Shown here piece after piece: positions 1-11,054 of a DNA stretch of 64,000 nt. The notes beneath the pieces were generated by a model, which saw only the letters and a program-made list of their open reading frames with translations, searched no databases and had not been told where the DNA came from. Origin of the DNA: Squalus acanthias (lineage: Eukaryota); contig JASTWF010000064.1 in NCBI GenBank assembly GCA_030390025.1, forward strand, positions 372,001 through 436,000, read 5' to 3'. Positions within the stretch are counted from its first letter, which is position 1. Each line of letters opens with the position of its first letter. The position numbers were made by a program, and so were the translations under genes.

Positions 1-160
1 TCAGGGGGAGTGGGGCTGGGAGGGGTTAAAGTGCAGCAGTTATGGGGAATTTGGGCTTGGAGGGGGTTAAAGTTCAGCAGATCAGGGGAGTGTGGCTGGG
101 TGGGGGTTAAAGTTCAGCAGGTCAGGGGGAGTGGGGCTGGGAGGGGTTAAAGTGCAGCAG
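1..160. repeat. G-rich ~38-bp satellite (GGGGAGTGGGGCTGGGAGGGGTTAAAGTTCAGCAGGTCA); reverse complement of the 15419-17970 satellite
   Basis: Tandem units visible; same motif on the opposite strand at 15419-17970. Confidence 0.85.
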
Positions 161-309
161 GCCAGGCAGAGGATTTCGAGCCCAGGCAGGAGCTAAGAAC
201 GGCCAGGGTGATGTAATTTATTCCACGAGGGCCTAGAGGAGCAGGATTGATCCCCTGGACTCCACACAGAGTCACTGGGGCTCTCCAGCCCCTGCGTCCC
301 TCTCCCTCC

Positions 310-890
310 CACCCAGCAGCTGCCTTCAGACCCCCCTCCCAGCAGCTCCCTTCAGACCCCCCCTCCCAGCAGCTCCCTTCAGACCCCCCTCCCAGCAGGT
401 CCCTTCAGACCCCCTTCCCAGCAGGTCCCTTCAGACCCCCCTCCCAGCAGGTCCCTTCAGACTGTCCTCCCAGCAGTTCCCTACAGACCTCCCTCCCAGC
501 AGGTCCCATCAGACCCCCCTCCCAGCAGCTCCCTTCAGACTGTCCTCCCAGCAGCTCCCTACAGACCTCCCTCCCAGCAGCTCCCATCAGACCTTCCTCC
601 CAGCAGCTCCCTACAGACCCCCTCCCAGCAGCTCCCTTCAGAACCCCCTCCCAGCAGCTCCCTTCAGAACCCCCTCCCAGCAGCTCCCTTCAGACCTCCC
701 TCCCAGCAGCTCCCTACAGACCCCCTCCCAGCAGCTCCCTTCAGAACCCCCTCCCAGCAGCTCCCTACAGACCCCCTCCCAGCAGCTCCCTTCAGACCTC
801 CCTCCCAGCAGCTCCCACCAGACCCCCTCCCAGCAGCTCCCTTCAGACCCCCCTCCCAGCAGGTCCCTTCAGAGTCTCCCTCCCAGCAGA
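310..890. repeat. ~25-26-bp C-rich minisatellite (CCAGCAGCTCCCTTCAGACCCCCCTC)
   Basis: Direct tandem repetition; source of the spurious Pro/Ser-rich ORFs. Confidence 0.9.
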
Positions 891-1104
891 TATCCAACTC
901 ACCCGGGGGTCTCTGCCCTCCCTCCTCACCCCCTTCCCTCCTCCTCCCGGCCCCCTCCTCCCTCCGGAATGGGGAAAGGGCAGGGAATGGGACCGAGTGG
1001 AGAGCTCTTTCAGAGATTTAATTGCCCTGTAATACAGTCTAACCGCCCACATTACACTTTGACCCTCACACTCTCTCCTCACACTCCTCTGTTGCTCAAT
1101 CTAG

Positions 1105-1460
1105 TTGTGTGTGGACTCCCCCGTGCAGTTGTTTGTTCGCTGCCCCTCCCTTGTGTTTATCTCTGTTGGAAATCCCCTGTTGGAAAGTCCCTGAGCCAAG
1201 TTTTAGAAAGTTGTTGATCAAACCCGCGTCCATACAGCACCGTTCATGTCCCCAGGACTCTCTCAGCGCCTCACAGCCTGTGAATTATTTGAAGTGTAGT
1301 CACTGTTGTTTTATAGACAAACACAGCAACAGGTCGCTGAGTCTCAGGGCCTGAATCCTGCCCGGTGAGTCAGCGCGATACTGTTCCACATCCCTGGCAA
1401 TCCCCTGTCACAGTCCACAGTCTGCGCACTGGCTGCAGTCCAGCTTCTTCCGAGAAACCA
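1105..1460. promoter_or_regulatory. Candidate NF-kB/AP-1/STAT enhancer upstream of the MHC class I gene
   Basis: GGAAATCCCC (1168-1177) and GGAAAGTCCC (1182-1191) are reverse complements of consensus kB sites; TGAGTCA 1366-1372; kB-like GGCAATCCCC 1396-1405; GAS TTCCGAGAA 1448-1456; mostly non-repetitive DNA. Confidence 0.5.
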
Positions 1461-1562
1461 ACCTTGACTCCACCTTCACTCATCATAAAACCCTCGCATC
1501 GAGCACGTCACTCACACTCAGAGAGTGCGACCCACAACTGCACCTGACATGGCCCAGAATCA

Positions 1563-2200
1563 TCTCCCAATACCACCTTCTGTGTTCAACACCTCCCAAT
1601 ACCACCTTCTGTGTTCAACACCTCCCAATACCACCTTCTGTGTTCAACACCTCCCAATACCACCTTCTGTGTTCAACACCTCCCAATACCACCTTCTGTG
1701 TTCAACACCTCCCAATACCACCTTCTGTGTTCAACATTTCCCAATACCACCTTCTGTGTTCAGCATCTCCCAATACCACCTTCTGTGTTCAACACCTCCC
1801 AATACCACCTTCTGTGTTCAACATTTCCCAATACCACCTTCTGTGTTCAGCATCTCCCAATACCACCTTCTGTGTTCAACACCTCCCAATACCACCTTCT
1901 GTGTTCAACACCTCCCAATACCACCTTCTGTGTTCAACACCTCCCAATACCACCTTCTGTGTTCAACACCTCCCAATACCACCTTCTGTGTTCAACACCT
2001 CCCAATACCACCTTCTGTGTTCAACACCTCCCAATACCACCTTCTGTGTTCAACACCTCCCAATACCACCTTCTGTGTTCAACACCTCCCAATACCACCT
2101 TCTGTGTTCAGAACCTCCCAATACCACCTTCTGTGTTCAACACCTCCCAATACCACCTTCTGTGTTCAACACCTCCCAATACCACCTTCTGTGTTCAGCC
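1563..2200. repeat. 29-bp tandem repeat (CCTCCCAATACCACCTTCTGTGTTCAACA), ~22 copies
   Basis: Near-perfect tandem units. Confidence 0.95.
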
Positions 2201-2365
2201 TCACAGCTCAGGGCGTCACACCTCAGGGCATCACAGCTCGTGGCCATTACATGGTTAGGTGTCACAGCTCAGGGTGTCACAGCTCAGGGTGTCACAGCTC
2301 AGGGTGCCTCAGACCGTCACATCTCAGAACGACACGCCTCAGGGCGTCAGCCCTCAGAGCGTCAC
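2200..2365. repeat. 15-bp degenerate tandem repeat (CACAGCTCAGGGTGT)
   Basis: Tandem units visible. Confidence 0.8.
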
Positions 2366-2571
2366 GTAGAATCATAGAATAAAATCAAAGAATGATACAG
2401 CACAGAAGGAGGCCATTCAGAGAGGGCCAAGAATCGATCCTTGGGGGACTCCAGAGGTAATGATGCAGGAACACATCCCCAGGAAATAGATTTCACACCA
2501 GAGAGCTCATTACCTCATTCAGTATTTGTTTAAACCCACCACTGTAAAATTGCCCTTTTGTGTAATTCGGT

Positions 2572-3415
2572 CATAGAATCATAGAATGATACAGCACAGA
2601 AGGAGGCCATTCAGTCCATTGTGCCTGTGCTGGCTCTTTGAAAGAGCTATCCAATTAGTCCCATTCCCTATAGCCCGGCAAATTTTCCCCTTCAAGTCTT
2701 TATCCAATTCCATTTTCAAAGTTACTATTGAATCTGCTTCCACCGCCCTTTCAGGCAGCGCATTCCAGATCACAACAACTCGCTGCATAAAATAATTCTC
2801 CTCATCTTGCCTCTGGCTCTTTTGCCAATTACCTTAAATCTGTGTCCTCTGGTCACCGACCCTTCTGCTACTGAGAACAGTTTCTCCTGATTTACTCTAT
2901 CAAAACCTTCATGATTTAGAACACCTCTATTAAATCTCCCCTTAACCTTCTCTGCTCCAAGGAGAAAAACCCCAACATCTCCAGTCTCTCCACATAACTG
3001 AAGTCCCTCATCCCCGGTACCATTCTAGTAAATCTCCTCTGCACCCTCTCCCAGGCCTTGACATCCTTCCTAAAGTGTGGAGCCCAGAAATGGCCAGAAT
3101 ACTCCAGCCCAGGCCTAACTAGTGTTTTATAAAGGTTTAGCCTAACTTCCCTGCTTTTGTACTCTATGTCACTGGTTATAAAGCCAAGGACCCTGTAGCT
3201 TTTTTAACAGCCTTATCGACTTGTCCTGCCACTTTCAAAGATTCTTTCAAAGATTTGTGTACATAAATCCCGAGGCCTCTCTGTTCCTGCACCCTTTAAA
3301 ATTGTACCATTTTGTTTATATTGCCTCTCCTTATTCTTCATTCCAAAAGGCGTCACTTCACACTTCTCTGTGTTAAGTTTCATCTGCCGTGTGTCTGCCC
3401 ATCTCACCAGTCTGT
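2572..3415 (-). mobile_element. CR1 LINE 3' fragment
   Basis: RT C-terminal remnants (QRVVVIWNALP, WADTRQMKLNTEKCEV) and (ATTCTATG)n tail. Confidence 0.85.
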
Positions 3416-4490
3416 CGAATGGAATGTTGGCCTTTATCTCGAGGGCTGGGATACAAAGGGGAGGAAGCTGAGCTTCAGTTGTACCGAGCTCTGGTCAGAC
3501 CCCATCTGGAGCACTGTGTTCAGTTCTGGGCACCGCACCTCAGGAAGGATAGACTGGCCTTGGAGGGGCTGCAGCGCAGATTGACCAGAATGGTACCGGG
3601 GCTTTAAAGGCAGGTTGCTTAAACTTGGCTTGTATTCCCTGGAGTATAGAAAGTTGAGGGGTGATCTAATCGAGATGTTTATAATGTTAGCAGGTTTCGA
3701 TAGGGTAGAAACGGGGAAACTATTCCCTCCAGTGGGCGAATCAAGAAAGAGGGGACATAATCTTAAAATTAGAGCGAGGCCATTTAGGAGTGAAATCAGG
3801 AAGCACATTTTCCACACAAAGGGTAGTAGAAATCTGAACTCTCTCCCCAAAAGCCTGTGGATGTTGAAAGAAAGACTTGCATTTCTATAGCGCCTTTCAC
3901 GACCACTGGACGTCCCAAAGCACTTTACAGCCAATGAAGTACTTTTTGCAGTTGCTGTTGTAAGTAGGAAACGCGGCAGGAAATTATCGCACAGCAAGCT
4001 CCCACAAACAGCAATGTGATAATCACCAGATAATCTGGTTTTGTTCTGTTGATTGAGGGATAAATATTGGCCAGGACACCGGGGATAACTCCCCTACTCT
4101 TCTTCGAAATAGTGCCATGGGATCTTTTACGTCCACCTGAGAGAACAGACGGGGCCTCGGTTTAACATCTAATCCGAAAGACGGCACCTCCGACAGTGCA
4201 GCGCTCCCTCAGTACTGCCCTGGAGTGTCAGCCTAGATTTTTGTGCTCAAGTCTTTGGAGTGGGATTTAAACCCACAACCTTCTGACTCAGAGGCGAGGG
4301 TGCTACCAACAGAGCTACTCGGGACAATGGGAGCTTTTAAGACTGCGATCGATGATTTTTGTTGGGTTAGGGTATTAAAGGATATGGAGCAAAGGCGGGT
4401 AAATGGAGTTGAGGTACAGATCAGCCCTGATCTGATTGAATGGCGGAGCAGGCCCAAGGGGCTGAATGGCCTCCTCCTTTTCCTAATGTT
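3416..4490 (+). mobile_element. CR1 LINE 3' fragment interrupted by a SINE
   Basis: [19 protein letters not shown] and LRGDLIEMF motifs; CR1-type 3' UTR ending near 4490. Confidence 0.85.
3866..4325 (-). mobile_element. tRNA-derived SINE with L2-type tail (DeuSINE/SacSINE1-like)
   Basis: tRNA-like A/B-box head and AAGGCGCTATAGAAATGCAAGTCTTTC tail; same family at 13891-14350 and 32275-32706. Confidence 0.75.
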
Positions 4491-4519
4491 TTTCCCTCTG
4501 TCATGTTCTGTATCAAACT

Positions 4520-4762
4520 ACTTTCAGTTTCTGGTTTAATTATCAAACCTTGTTCAGTTCATCCTACCTGGCGACTCATGATATAGCTCGCAGTATTTCT
4601 CTGATTGGATAGCTCATGATATTGGGAAAGTTTATTTCGACACCGACACAACCTCTCCAGGACTCTTCTACCCGGAGCCTGCTGACTCACAGCCTGTTTT
4701 TATTCTAATTGGACACAAGCATACAGTTGAACCAATCAGTCTGGAGGATTCTGAGTTTAATA
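4520..4762 (+). promoter_or_regulatory. MHC class I promoter with two tandem ISRE-S-X1-X2-Y modules, CCAAT box and TATA-like element
   Basis: Module A: ACTTTCAGTTTCT 4520-4532, AAACCT 4545-4550, CCTGGCGAC 4567-4575, CTGATTGG 4601-4608. Module B: AGTTTATTTC, CAACCT 4649-4654, CCCGGAGCC 4671-4679, TGACTCA 4683-4689, CTAATTGG 4705-4712. Both have 16-bp S-X1 and 25-bp X1-Y spacing. CCAATCAG 4732-4739; TTTAATA 4756-4762. Confidence 0.8.
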
Positions 4763-4985
4763 CAATCAGCACTGGGCACAGTTCACAGACAGAGAGAAGA
4801 CTGGCAGAGAGGGACAGTCCAGGAGGCACGGTATCAGCACTGGGCACAGAGCGACAGTCAGAGAGAAGACGGGCACAGGAATCACACGGTCTCAACTGGG
4901 CACAGCTCACGGATTAAGACGAGACGGTCCCTTGGAAAAGGATTACCCACAAACTGCTCATCCCGGCCTGTCGAGGGAAGCAACA

Positions 4986-5034
4986 ATGATTGGACTGATT
5001 GTGCTGGCCGTTCTGTGTGGAGGGGTCTCTGCAG
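4986..5034 (+). CDS. UAA: MHC class I heavy chain exon 1 (signal peptide MIGLIVLAVLCGGVSA)
   Basis: ATG in ACAATGA context, hydrophobic leader, phase-1 donor G|GTGAGT in frame with exon 2. Confidence 0.9.
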
Positions 5035-5043
5035 GTGAGTCAT

Positions 5044-5272
5044 GGGGTGTGAGAGGGTCTCAGTGCCAGGCTGGGTACTGGGCATTAATCCTCGGTCAGT
5101 GGGTAATGGGGTGTGAGAGGGTCTCAGTGCCAGGCTGGGTACTGGGCATTAACCCTCGGTCAATGGGTAATGGGGTGTGAGAGGGTCTCAGTGCCAGGCT
5201 GGGTACTGGGCATTAACCCTCGGTCAGTGAGTAATGGGGTGTGAGAGGGTCTCAGTGCCAGGCTGGGTACTG
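5044..5272. repeat. ~64-bp intronic VNTR (~4 copies; ~7 in the inverted arm at 12770-13185)
   Basis: Tandem units GGGGTGTGAGAGGGTCTCAGTGCCAGGCTGGGTACTGGGC... Confidence 0.85.
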
Positions 5273-5384
5273 GGGCTGGCGAGGTTGAGACACAATGGGG
5301 TGGGGGGAGGAACTGAGGTCAGGGACACATGAGGCTGGAGACTAAGCGTTAGGGTTATGACACTGGAGAGTGGAGAGGGAGAGA

Positions 5385-6990
5385 GGAACATAGCAACAAG
5401 ATTAGTCTATTCAGCCCCTCGAACCTGTTCCGCCAACCAGTTAGATCACGGCCGATCTGTACCTCAACTCCATTTACGCACCTTTGCTCGATATCGCGTG
5501 ATACTCTGAGCTAAGAAAACACTATCTCAGTTTTGAAAGCTCCAGTTGAGTCTCAACATCCACAGCCTTTTTGGGAGAGATTTCCAGATTTCTACTACCC
5601 TTCGTGTGAAGAAGTGCTTCCTGATTTCCCTCCTAAATGGTCTTGCTCTAATTTGAAGATGATGTCCCCTTGTTCTTGATTGCCCCCCAGAGGGAGTAGT
5701 TTCCCTGTATCTACTCTACCAAACCCTTTTAACATTTTAAACACCTCGATCAGATCACCGTTCAATCTTTGAAACTCGAGAGTATACAAACTAAGTTTAT
5801 ACAATCTGTCCTCATAATTGAACCCTCGAAACCCCAGAATTATTCTGGTGAATCTGCTCTGCACCCTCTCTGTGCCCTGAACTGAACGCAGTGCTCCAGA
5901 TGGGGTCTAACCAGAGCTTTATAGAACTGTAACCGAACTTCCCCACTTTGTATCCCAGTCCTCGAGACAGGCCAACATTCCATGAGCCTTTTTAATTATT
6001 TTTTATCCTTGTCTACTAGCTTTTAGTGATTTCTGTACTTGGAGCCCTAAATCTCTCTGCTCCTCCACAGTTCCCAGCCTCTCACCATTTAGAAAATACT
6101 CTGATCGATCTTTCTTAGGTCCAAAGTGGATGACCTCACACTTTCTCACATTGAACTCCATCTGCCACAGTTTTACCCACACTTAATCTAACGATGTCCC
6201 TTTGCAACTTCCTGCTCACATCTACACAACTTACTGTCCCCATAACTTAGTCTCATCGACAAACTTAGATATACAACTCTCCATTCCTTCATCCAAGTCA
6301 TTTATAAATGTGGTGAAAAGCTGAGGCCCCAGAACAGATCCCTGGGGACACCACTAGTCACATCCCACCAATCAGAGTACCTACCCTTTATCCCCACTCT
6401 CTGTCTCCTACCTCCCAACCAATTTCCAACACAAGTCTAAAGATCACCTCCAATTCCATGCACTCCCATTTTTGCGAAGTCTCTTGTGTGGAACCTTATC
6501 GAATGCCTTCTGGAAATCCATATAAATAACATCTATAGACACTCCCCTATCTATCTGGTTGGTGACCTCCTCAACATAATCAACTAGATGAGTCAGACCT
6601 GACTTACCTTCAACAAAGCCACTCCTCTCTCTGATCAGCTCGTATTTGTTCAAGTGCTCAGTCACTCTGTCCCTAATAACAGATTCTAGTAGCTTCCCAA
6701 ACCCAATGTTAAACTGACTCTCTATAACTCCAACCTTTCTGTCCTCCTCCTGCCTTGGACTGTCTCCTGCTCCATGGTGCCTTGGTCAACATTGTGGCCA
6801 TCCTTCCCACAGCCTTGCTCCTTATCCCCACAGGCAGCAAGCACATCGTACCTGTTGGACAGGACCAGACTCCGTGGTCCCACCTTCCCTGCCTCCACTA
6901 GATTCCCCAACCCTGCTGACCGTCAGTCACACTCCTCCGCCTGAACCTGTACCTCTCTACTTGGTGTGACCGAGATCTGCAGTAAACTAG
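5385..6990 (-). mobile_element. Degenerate, internally deleted CR1 LINE in MHC-I intron 1
   Basis: ORF1 remnant (LSNRYDVLAAC), RT remnant (DVIYMDFQKAFDKVPHKRL), 3' tail near 5390. Confidence 0.85.
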
Positions 6991-7170
6991 GCCCCTCTCC
7001 CTCAGTCCGTCAGTGGGTGGGTTACCCCAGGCCCCTCTCCCTCAGTCTGTCAGTGGGTGGGTGGGTGGGTGGGTTACCCCGGGTCCCTCTCCCTCAGTCT
7101 GTCAGTGGGTGGGTTACCCCAGGCCCCTCTCCCTCAGTCCGTCAGTGGCTGGGTAAGCCCAGGCCCCTCT
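6990..7170. repeat. ~40-bp intronic VNTR (~4 copies; ~10 in the inverted arm)
   Basis: GGCCCCTCTCCCTCAGTCTGTCAGTGGGTGGGTTACCCCA units. Confidence 0.85.
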
Positions 7171-7329
7171 TTCTCAGTCTGGCAGTGATGTTAATGATTG
7201 AATTACAGGGAGTTATGTTAAGTATCTGACCAATGAGATGCTGCATTCAGTCACTCAGCTGGTGATTATTCCCATTGCGTTGTTTAAAAACAACTGGTGT
7301 GACTGGGAGAGGGAGGAGTGGGCCCATGT

Positions 7330-7690
7330 TTCGGCCTATTACTGACGGTGCTCAATGTGACTGGGCCCGAGTCTCGGCCTATTACTGACGGTGCTCAGTG
7401 TGACTGGGCCCGAGTCTCGGCCTATTACTGACGGTGCTCAGTGTGACTGGGCCCGAGTCTCGGCCTATTACTGACGGTGCTCAGTGTGACTGGGCCCGAG
7501 TCTCGGCCTATTACTGACGGTGCTCAGTGTGACTGGGCCCGAGTCTCGGCCTATTACTGACGGTGCTCAGTGTGACTGGGCCCGAGTCTCGGCCTATTAC
7601 TGACGGTGCTCAGTGTGACTGGGCCCGAGTCTTGGCCTATTGCTGACGGTGCTCAGTGTGACTGGGCCCAAGTCTCGGCCTATTGCTGAC
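7330..7690. repeat. 43-bp intronic VNTR (~8 copies; ~14 in the inverted arm at 9860-10480)
   Basis: TCGGCCTATTACTGACGGTGCTCAGTGTGACTGGGCCCGAGTC units. Confidence 0.9.
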
Positions 7691-7704
7691 GATGCTCAGT
7701 GGGA

Positions 7705-8876
7705 CTGGGGCTCTGTTTTGTGTTGGGGTTGATTTCCAGGGGCTCTGTGTTGTGTTGTGTTGGGGTTGATTTCCAGGGGCTCTGTGTTGTGTTGTGTTGG
7801 GGTTGATTTCCAGGGGCTCTGTGTTGTGTTGTGTTGGGGTTGATTTCCAGGGGCTCTGTGTTGTGTTGGGGTTGATTTCCAGGGGCTCTGTGTTGTGTTG
7901 TGTTGGGGTTGATTTCCAGGGGCTCTGTGTTGTGTTGGGGTTGATTTCCAGGGGCTCTGTGTTGTGTTGGGGTTGATTTCCAGGGGCTCTGTGTTGTGTT
8001 GTGTTGGGGTTGATTTCCAGGGGCTCTGTGTTGTGTTGTGTTGGGGTTGATTTCCAGGGGCTCTGTGTTGTGTTGTGTTGGGGTTGATTTCCAGGGGCTC
8101 TGTGTTGTGTTGTGTTGTGTTGGGGTTGATTTCCAGGGGCTCTGTGTTGTGTTGTGTTGGGGTTGATTTCCAGGGGCTCTGTGTTGTGTTGGGGTTGATT
8201 TCCAGGGGCTCTGTGTTGTGTTGTGTTGGGGTTGATTTCCAGGGGCTCTGTGTTGTGTTGTGTCGGGGTTGATTTCCAGGGGCTCTGTGTTGTGTTGGGG
8301 TTGATTTCCAGGGGCTCTGTGTTGTGTTGTGTTGGGGTAGATTTCCAGGGGCTCTGTGTTGTGTTGGGGTTGATTTCCAGGGGCTCTGTGTTGTGTTGGG
8401 GTTGATTTCCAGGGGCTCTGTGTTGTGTTGTGTTGGGGTTGATTTCCAGGGGCTCTGTGTTGTGTTGTGTTGGGGTTGATTTCCAGGGGCTCTGTGTTGT
8501 GTTGTGTTGGGGTTGATTTCCAGGGGCTCTGTGTTGTGTTGTGTTGGGGTTGATTTCCAGGGGCTCTGTGTTGTGTTGGGGTTGATTTCCAGGGGCTCTG
8601 TGTTGTGTTGGTGTTGATTTCCAGGGGCTCTGTGTTGTGTTGTGTTGGGGTTGATTTCCAGGGGCTCTGTGTTGTGTTGGGGTTGATTTCCAGGGGCTCT
8701 GTGTTGTGTTGTGTTGGGGTTGATTTCCAGGGGCTCTGTGTTGTGTTGGGGTTGATTTCCAGGGGCTCTGTGTTGTGTTGTGTTGGGGTTGATTTCCAGG
8801 GGCTCTGTGTTGTGTTGTGTTGGGGTTGATTTCCAGGGGCTCTGTGTTGTGTTGTGTTGGGGTTGATTTCCAGGGG
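7705..8876. repeat. ~32/37-bp GT-rich minisatellite immediately upstream of the exon 2 acceptor
   Basis: GGGGTTGATTTCCAGGGGCTCT(GTGTT)2-4 units. Confidence 0.95.
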
Positions 8877-8906
8877 TTCATGCCATGATGTCTCTCTGTG
8901 TTTCAG

Positions 8907-9167
8907 GCACTCACTCTCTCCGGTATTTCTACACCTGGATGACCCCGATTCCCGGTTTGCCGGAGTTTGTGGTGGTCGGTTATGTGGACGATGCTCAGTT
9001 TGTTCAGTATGACAGCGACCGGAAACAGATGATCCCGCGGCAGCGGTGGATTGAGGAGAGCGAGGACGAACAATACTGGGAGCGGGAGACACAGAACCTG
9101 CGGGGCTCGGAGCAGATTGGGAAGGTCGATATTCAGACCCTCATGACCCGGACCAACCAGACTGGCG
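8907..9167 (+). CDS. UAA: MHC class I heavy chain exon 2 (alpha1 domain), classical/UAA type
   Basis: TTTCAG| acceptor and G|GTGAGT donor; 261 nt; GTHSLRYFYT...PEFVVVGYVDD...YDSD...YWERETQ...RTNQT with Y7, Y59, R84 and the N86 sequon. Confidence 0.95.
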
Positions 9168-9174
9168 GTGAGTC

Positions 9175-9560
9175 CCCGCCCCCCCCCCCCCCCCCCCGTG
9201 TCTCTCTATTCCCCCCCCCCCCGTGTCTCTCTATTCCCCCCCCCCCCCCCGTGTCTCTCTATTCCCCCCCCCCCCCCCGTGTCTCTCTATTCCCCCCACC
9301 CCCCGTGTCTCTCTATTCCCCCCACCCCCCGTGTCTCTCTATTCCCCCCACCCCCCGTGTCTCTCTATTCCCCCCACCCCCCGTGTCTCTCTATTCCCCC
9401 CCCCCCGTGTCTCTCTATTCCCCCCCCCCCCGTGTCTCTCTATTCCCCCCCCCCGTGTCTCTCTATTCCCCCCCCCCGTGTCTCTCTATTCCCCCCCCCC
9501 CCCGTGTCTCTCTATTCCCCCCCCCGTGTCTCTCTATTCCCCCCCCCGTGTCTCTCTATT
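9175..9560. repeat. C-rich minisatellite (Cn-GTGTCTCTCTATT) in intron 2
   Basis: Tandem units running into the gap. Confidence 0.9.
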
Positions 9561-9760
9561 NNNNNNNNNNNNNNNNNNNNNNNNNNNNNNNNNNNNNNNN
9601 NNNNNNNNNNNNNNNNNNNNNNNNNNNNNNNNNNNNNNNNNNNNNNNNNNNNNNNNNNNNNNNNNNNNNNNNNNNNNNNNNNNNNNNNNNNNNNNNNNNN
9701 NNNNNNNNNNNNNNNNNNNNNNNNNNNNNNNNNNNNNNNNNNNNNNNNNNNNNNNNNNNN
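9561..9760. other. Assembly gap (200 N)
   Basis: Run of N. Confidence 1.
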
Positions 9761-11054
9761 GAGCCCCTGGAAATCAACCCCAACACAACACAACACAACA
9801 CAACACAGAGCCCCTGGAAATCAACCCCAACACAAAACAGAGCCCCAGTCCCACTGAGCATCGTCAGCAATAGGCCGAGACTTGGGCCCAGTCACACTGA
9901 GCACCCTCAGCAATAGGCCGAGACTTGGGCCCAGTCACACTGAGCACCGTCAGCAATAGGCCGAGACTCGGGCCCAGTCACACTGAGCACCATCAGTAAT
10001 AGGCCGAGACTCGGGCCCAGTCACACTGAGCACCGTCAGTAATAGGCCGAGACTCGGGCCCAGTCACATTGAGCACCGTCAGTAATAGGCCGAGACTCAG
10101 GCCCAGTCACACTGAGCACCGTCAGCAATAGGCCGAGACTCGGGCCCAGTCACACTGAGCACCATCAGTAATAGGCCGAGACTCGGGCCCAGTCACACTG
10201 AGCACCGTCAGTAATAGGCCGAGACTCGGGCCCAGTCACATTGAGCACCGTCAGTAATAGGCCGAGACTCAGGCCCAGTCACACTGAGCACCGTCAGCAA
10301 TAGGCCGAGACTCGGGCCCAGTCACACTGAGCACCGTCAGTAATAGGCCGAGACTCGGGCCCAGTCACACTGAGCACCGTCAGTAATAGGCCGAGACTCG
10401 GGCCCAGTCACATTGAGCACCGTCAGTAATAGGCCGAGACTCAGGCCCAGTCACACTGAGCGCCGTCAGTAATAGGCCAAAACATGGGCCCACTCCTCCC
10501 TCTCCCAGTCACACCAGTTGTTTTTAAACAACGCAATGGGAATAATCACCAGCTGAGTGACTGAATGCAGCATCTCATTGGTCAGATACTTAACATAACT
10601 CCCTGTAATTCAATCATTAACATCACTGCCAGACTGAGAAAGAGGGGCCTGGGCTAACCCAGCCACTGACGGACTGAGGCCCGGGGTAACCCAGCCACTG
10701 ACGGACTGAGGGAGAGGGTCCTGGGGTAACCCACCCACTGACAGACTGAGGGAGAGGGGCCTGGGGTAACCCACCCACTGACAGACTGAGGGAGAGGGGC
10801 CTGGGGTAACCCACCCACTGATAGACTGAGGGAGAGGGGCCCGGGGTAACCCACCCGCTGACGGACTGAGGGAGAGGGGCCTGGGGTAACCCACCCACCC
10901 ACCCACCCACTGACAGACTGAGGGAGAGGGGCCTGGGGTAACCCACCCACTGACAGACTGAGGGAGAGGGACCCGGGGTAACCCACCCACTGACAGACTG
11001 AGGGAGAGGGGCCCGGGGTAACCCACCCACTGACGGACTGAGGGAGAGGGGCCT

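Noticed and set aside
247-2382. Long Pro/Ser-rich and periodic ORFs (261, 285, 245 aa)
   Set aside because: Translations of minisatellites open in several frames; no domain or splice evidence
2572-4490. Twin-priming inversion of one CR1
   Set aside because: Both halves have their own 3' tails and cover overlapping RT regions, so they are two separate elements
7637-9916. 414-, 470- and 343-aa ORFs
   Set aside because: Minisatellite read-through; only 8907-9167 is a real exon and the poly-Pro tail is intron plus Ns
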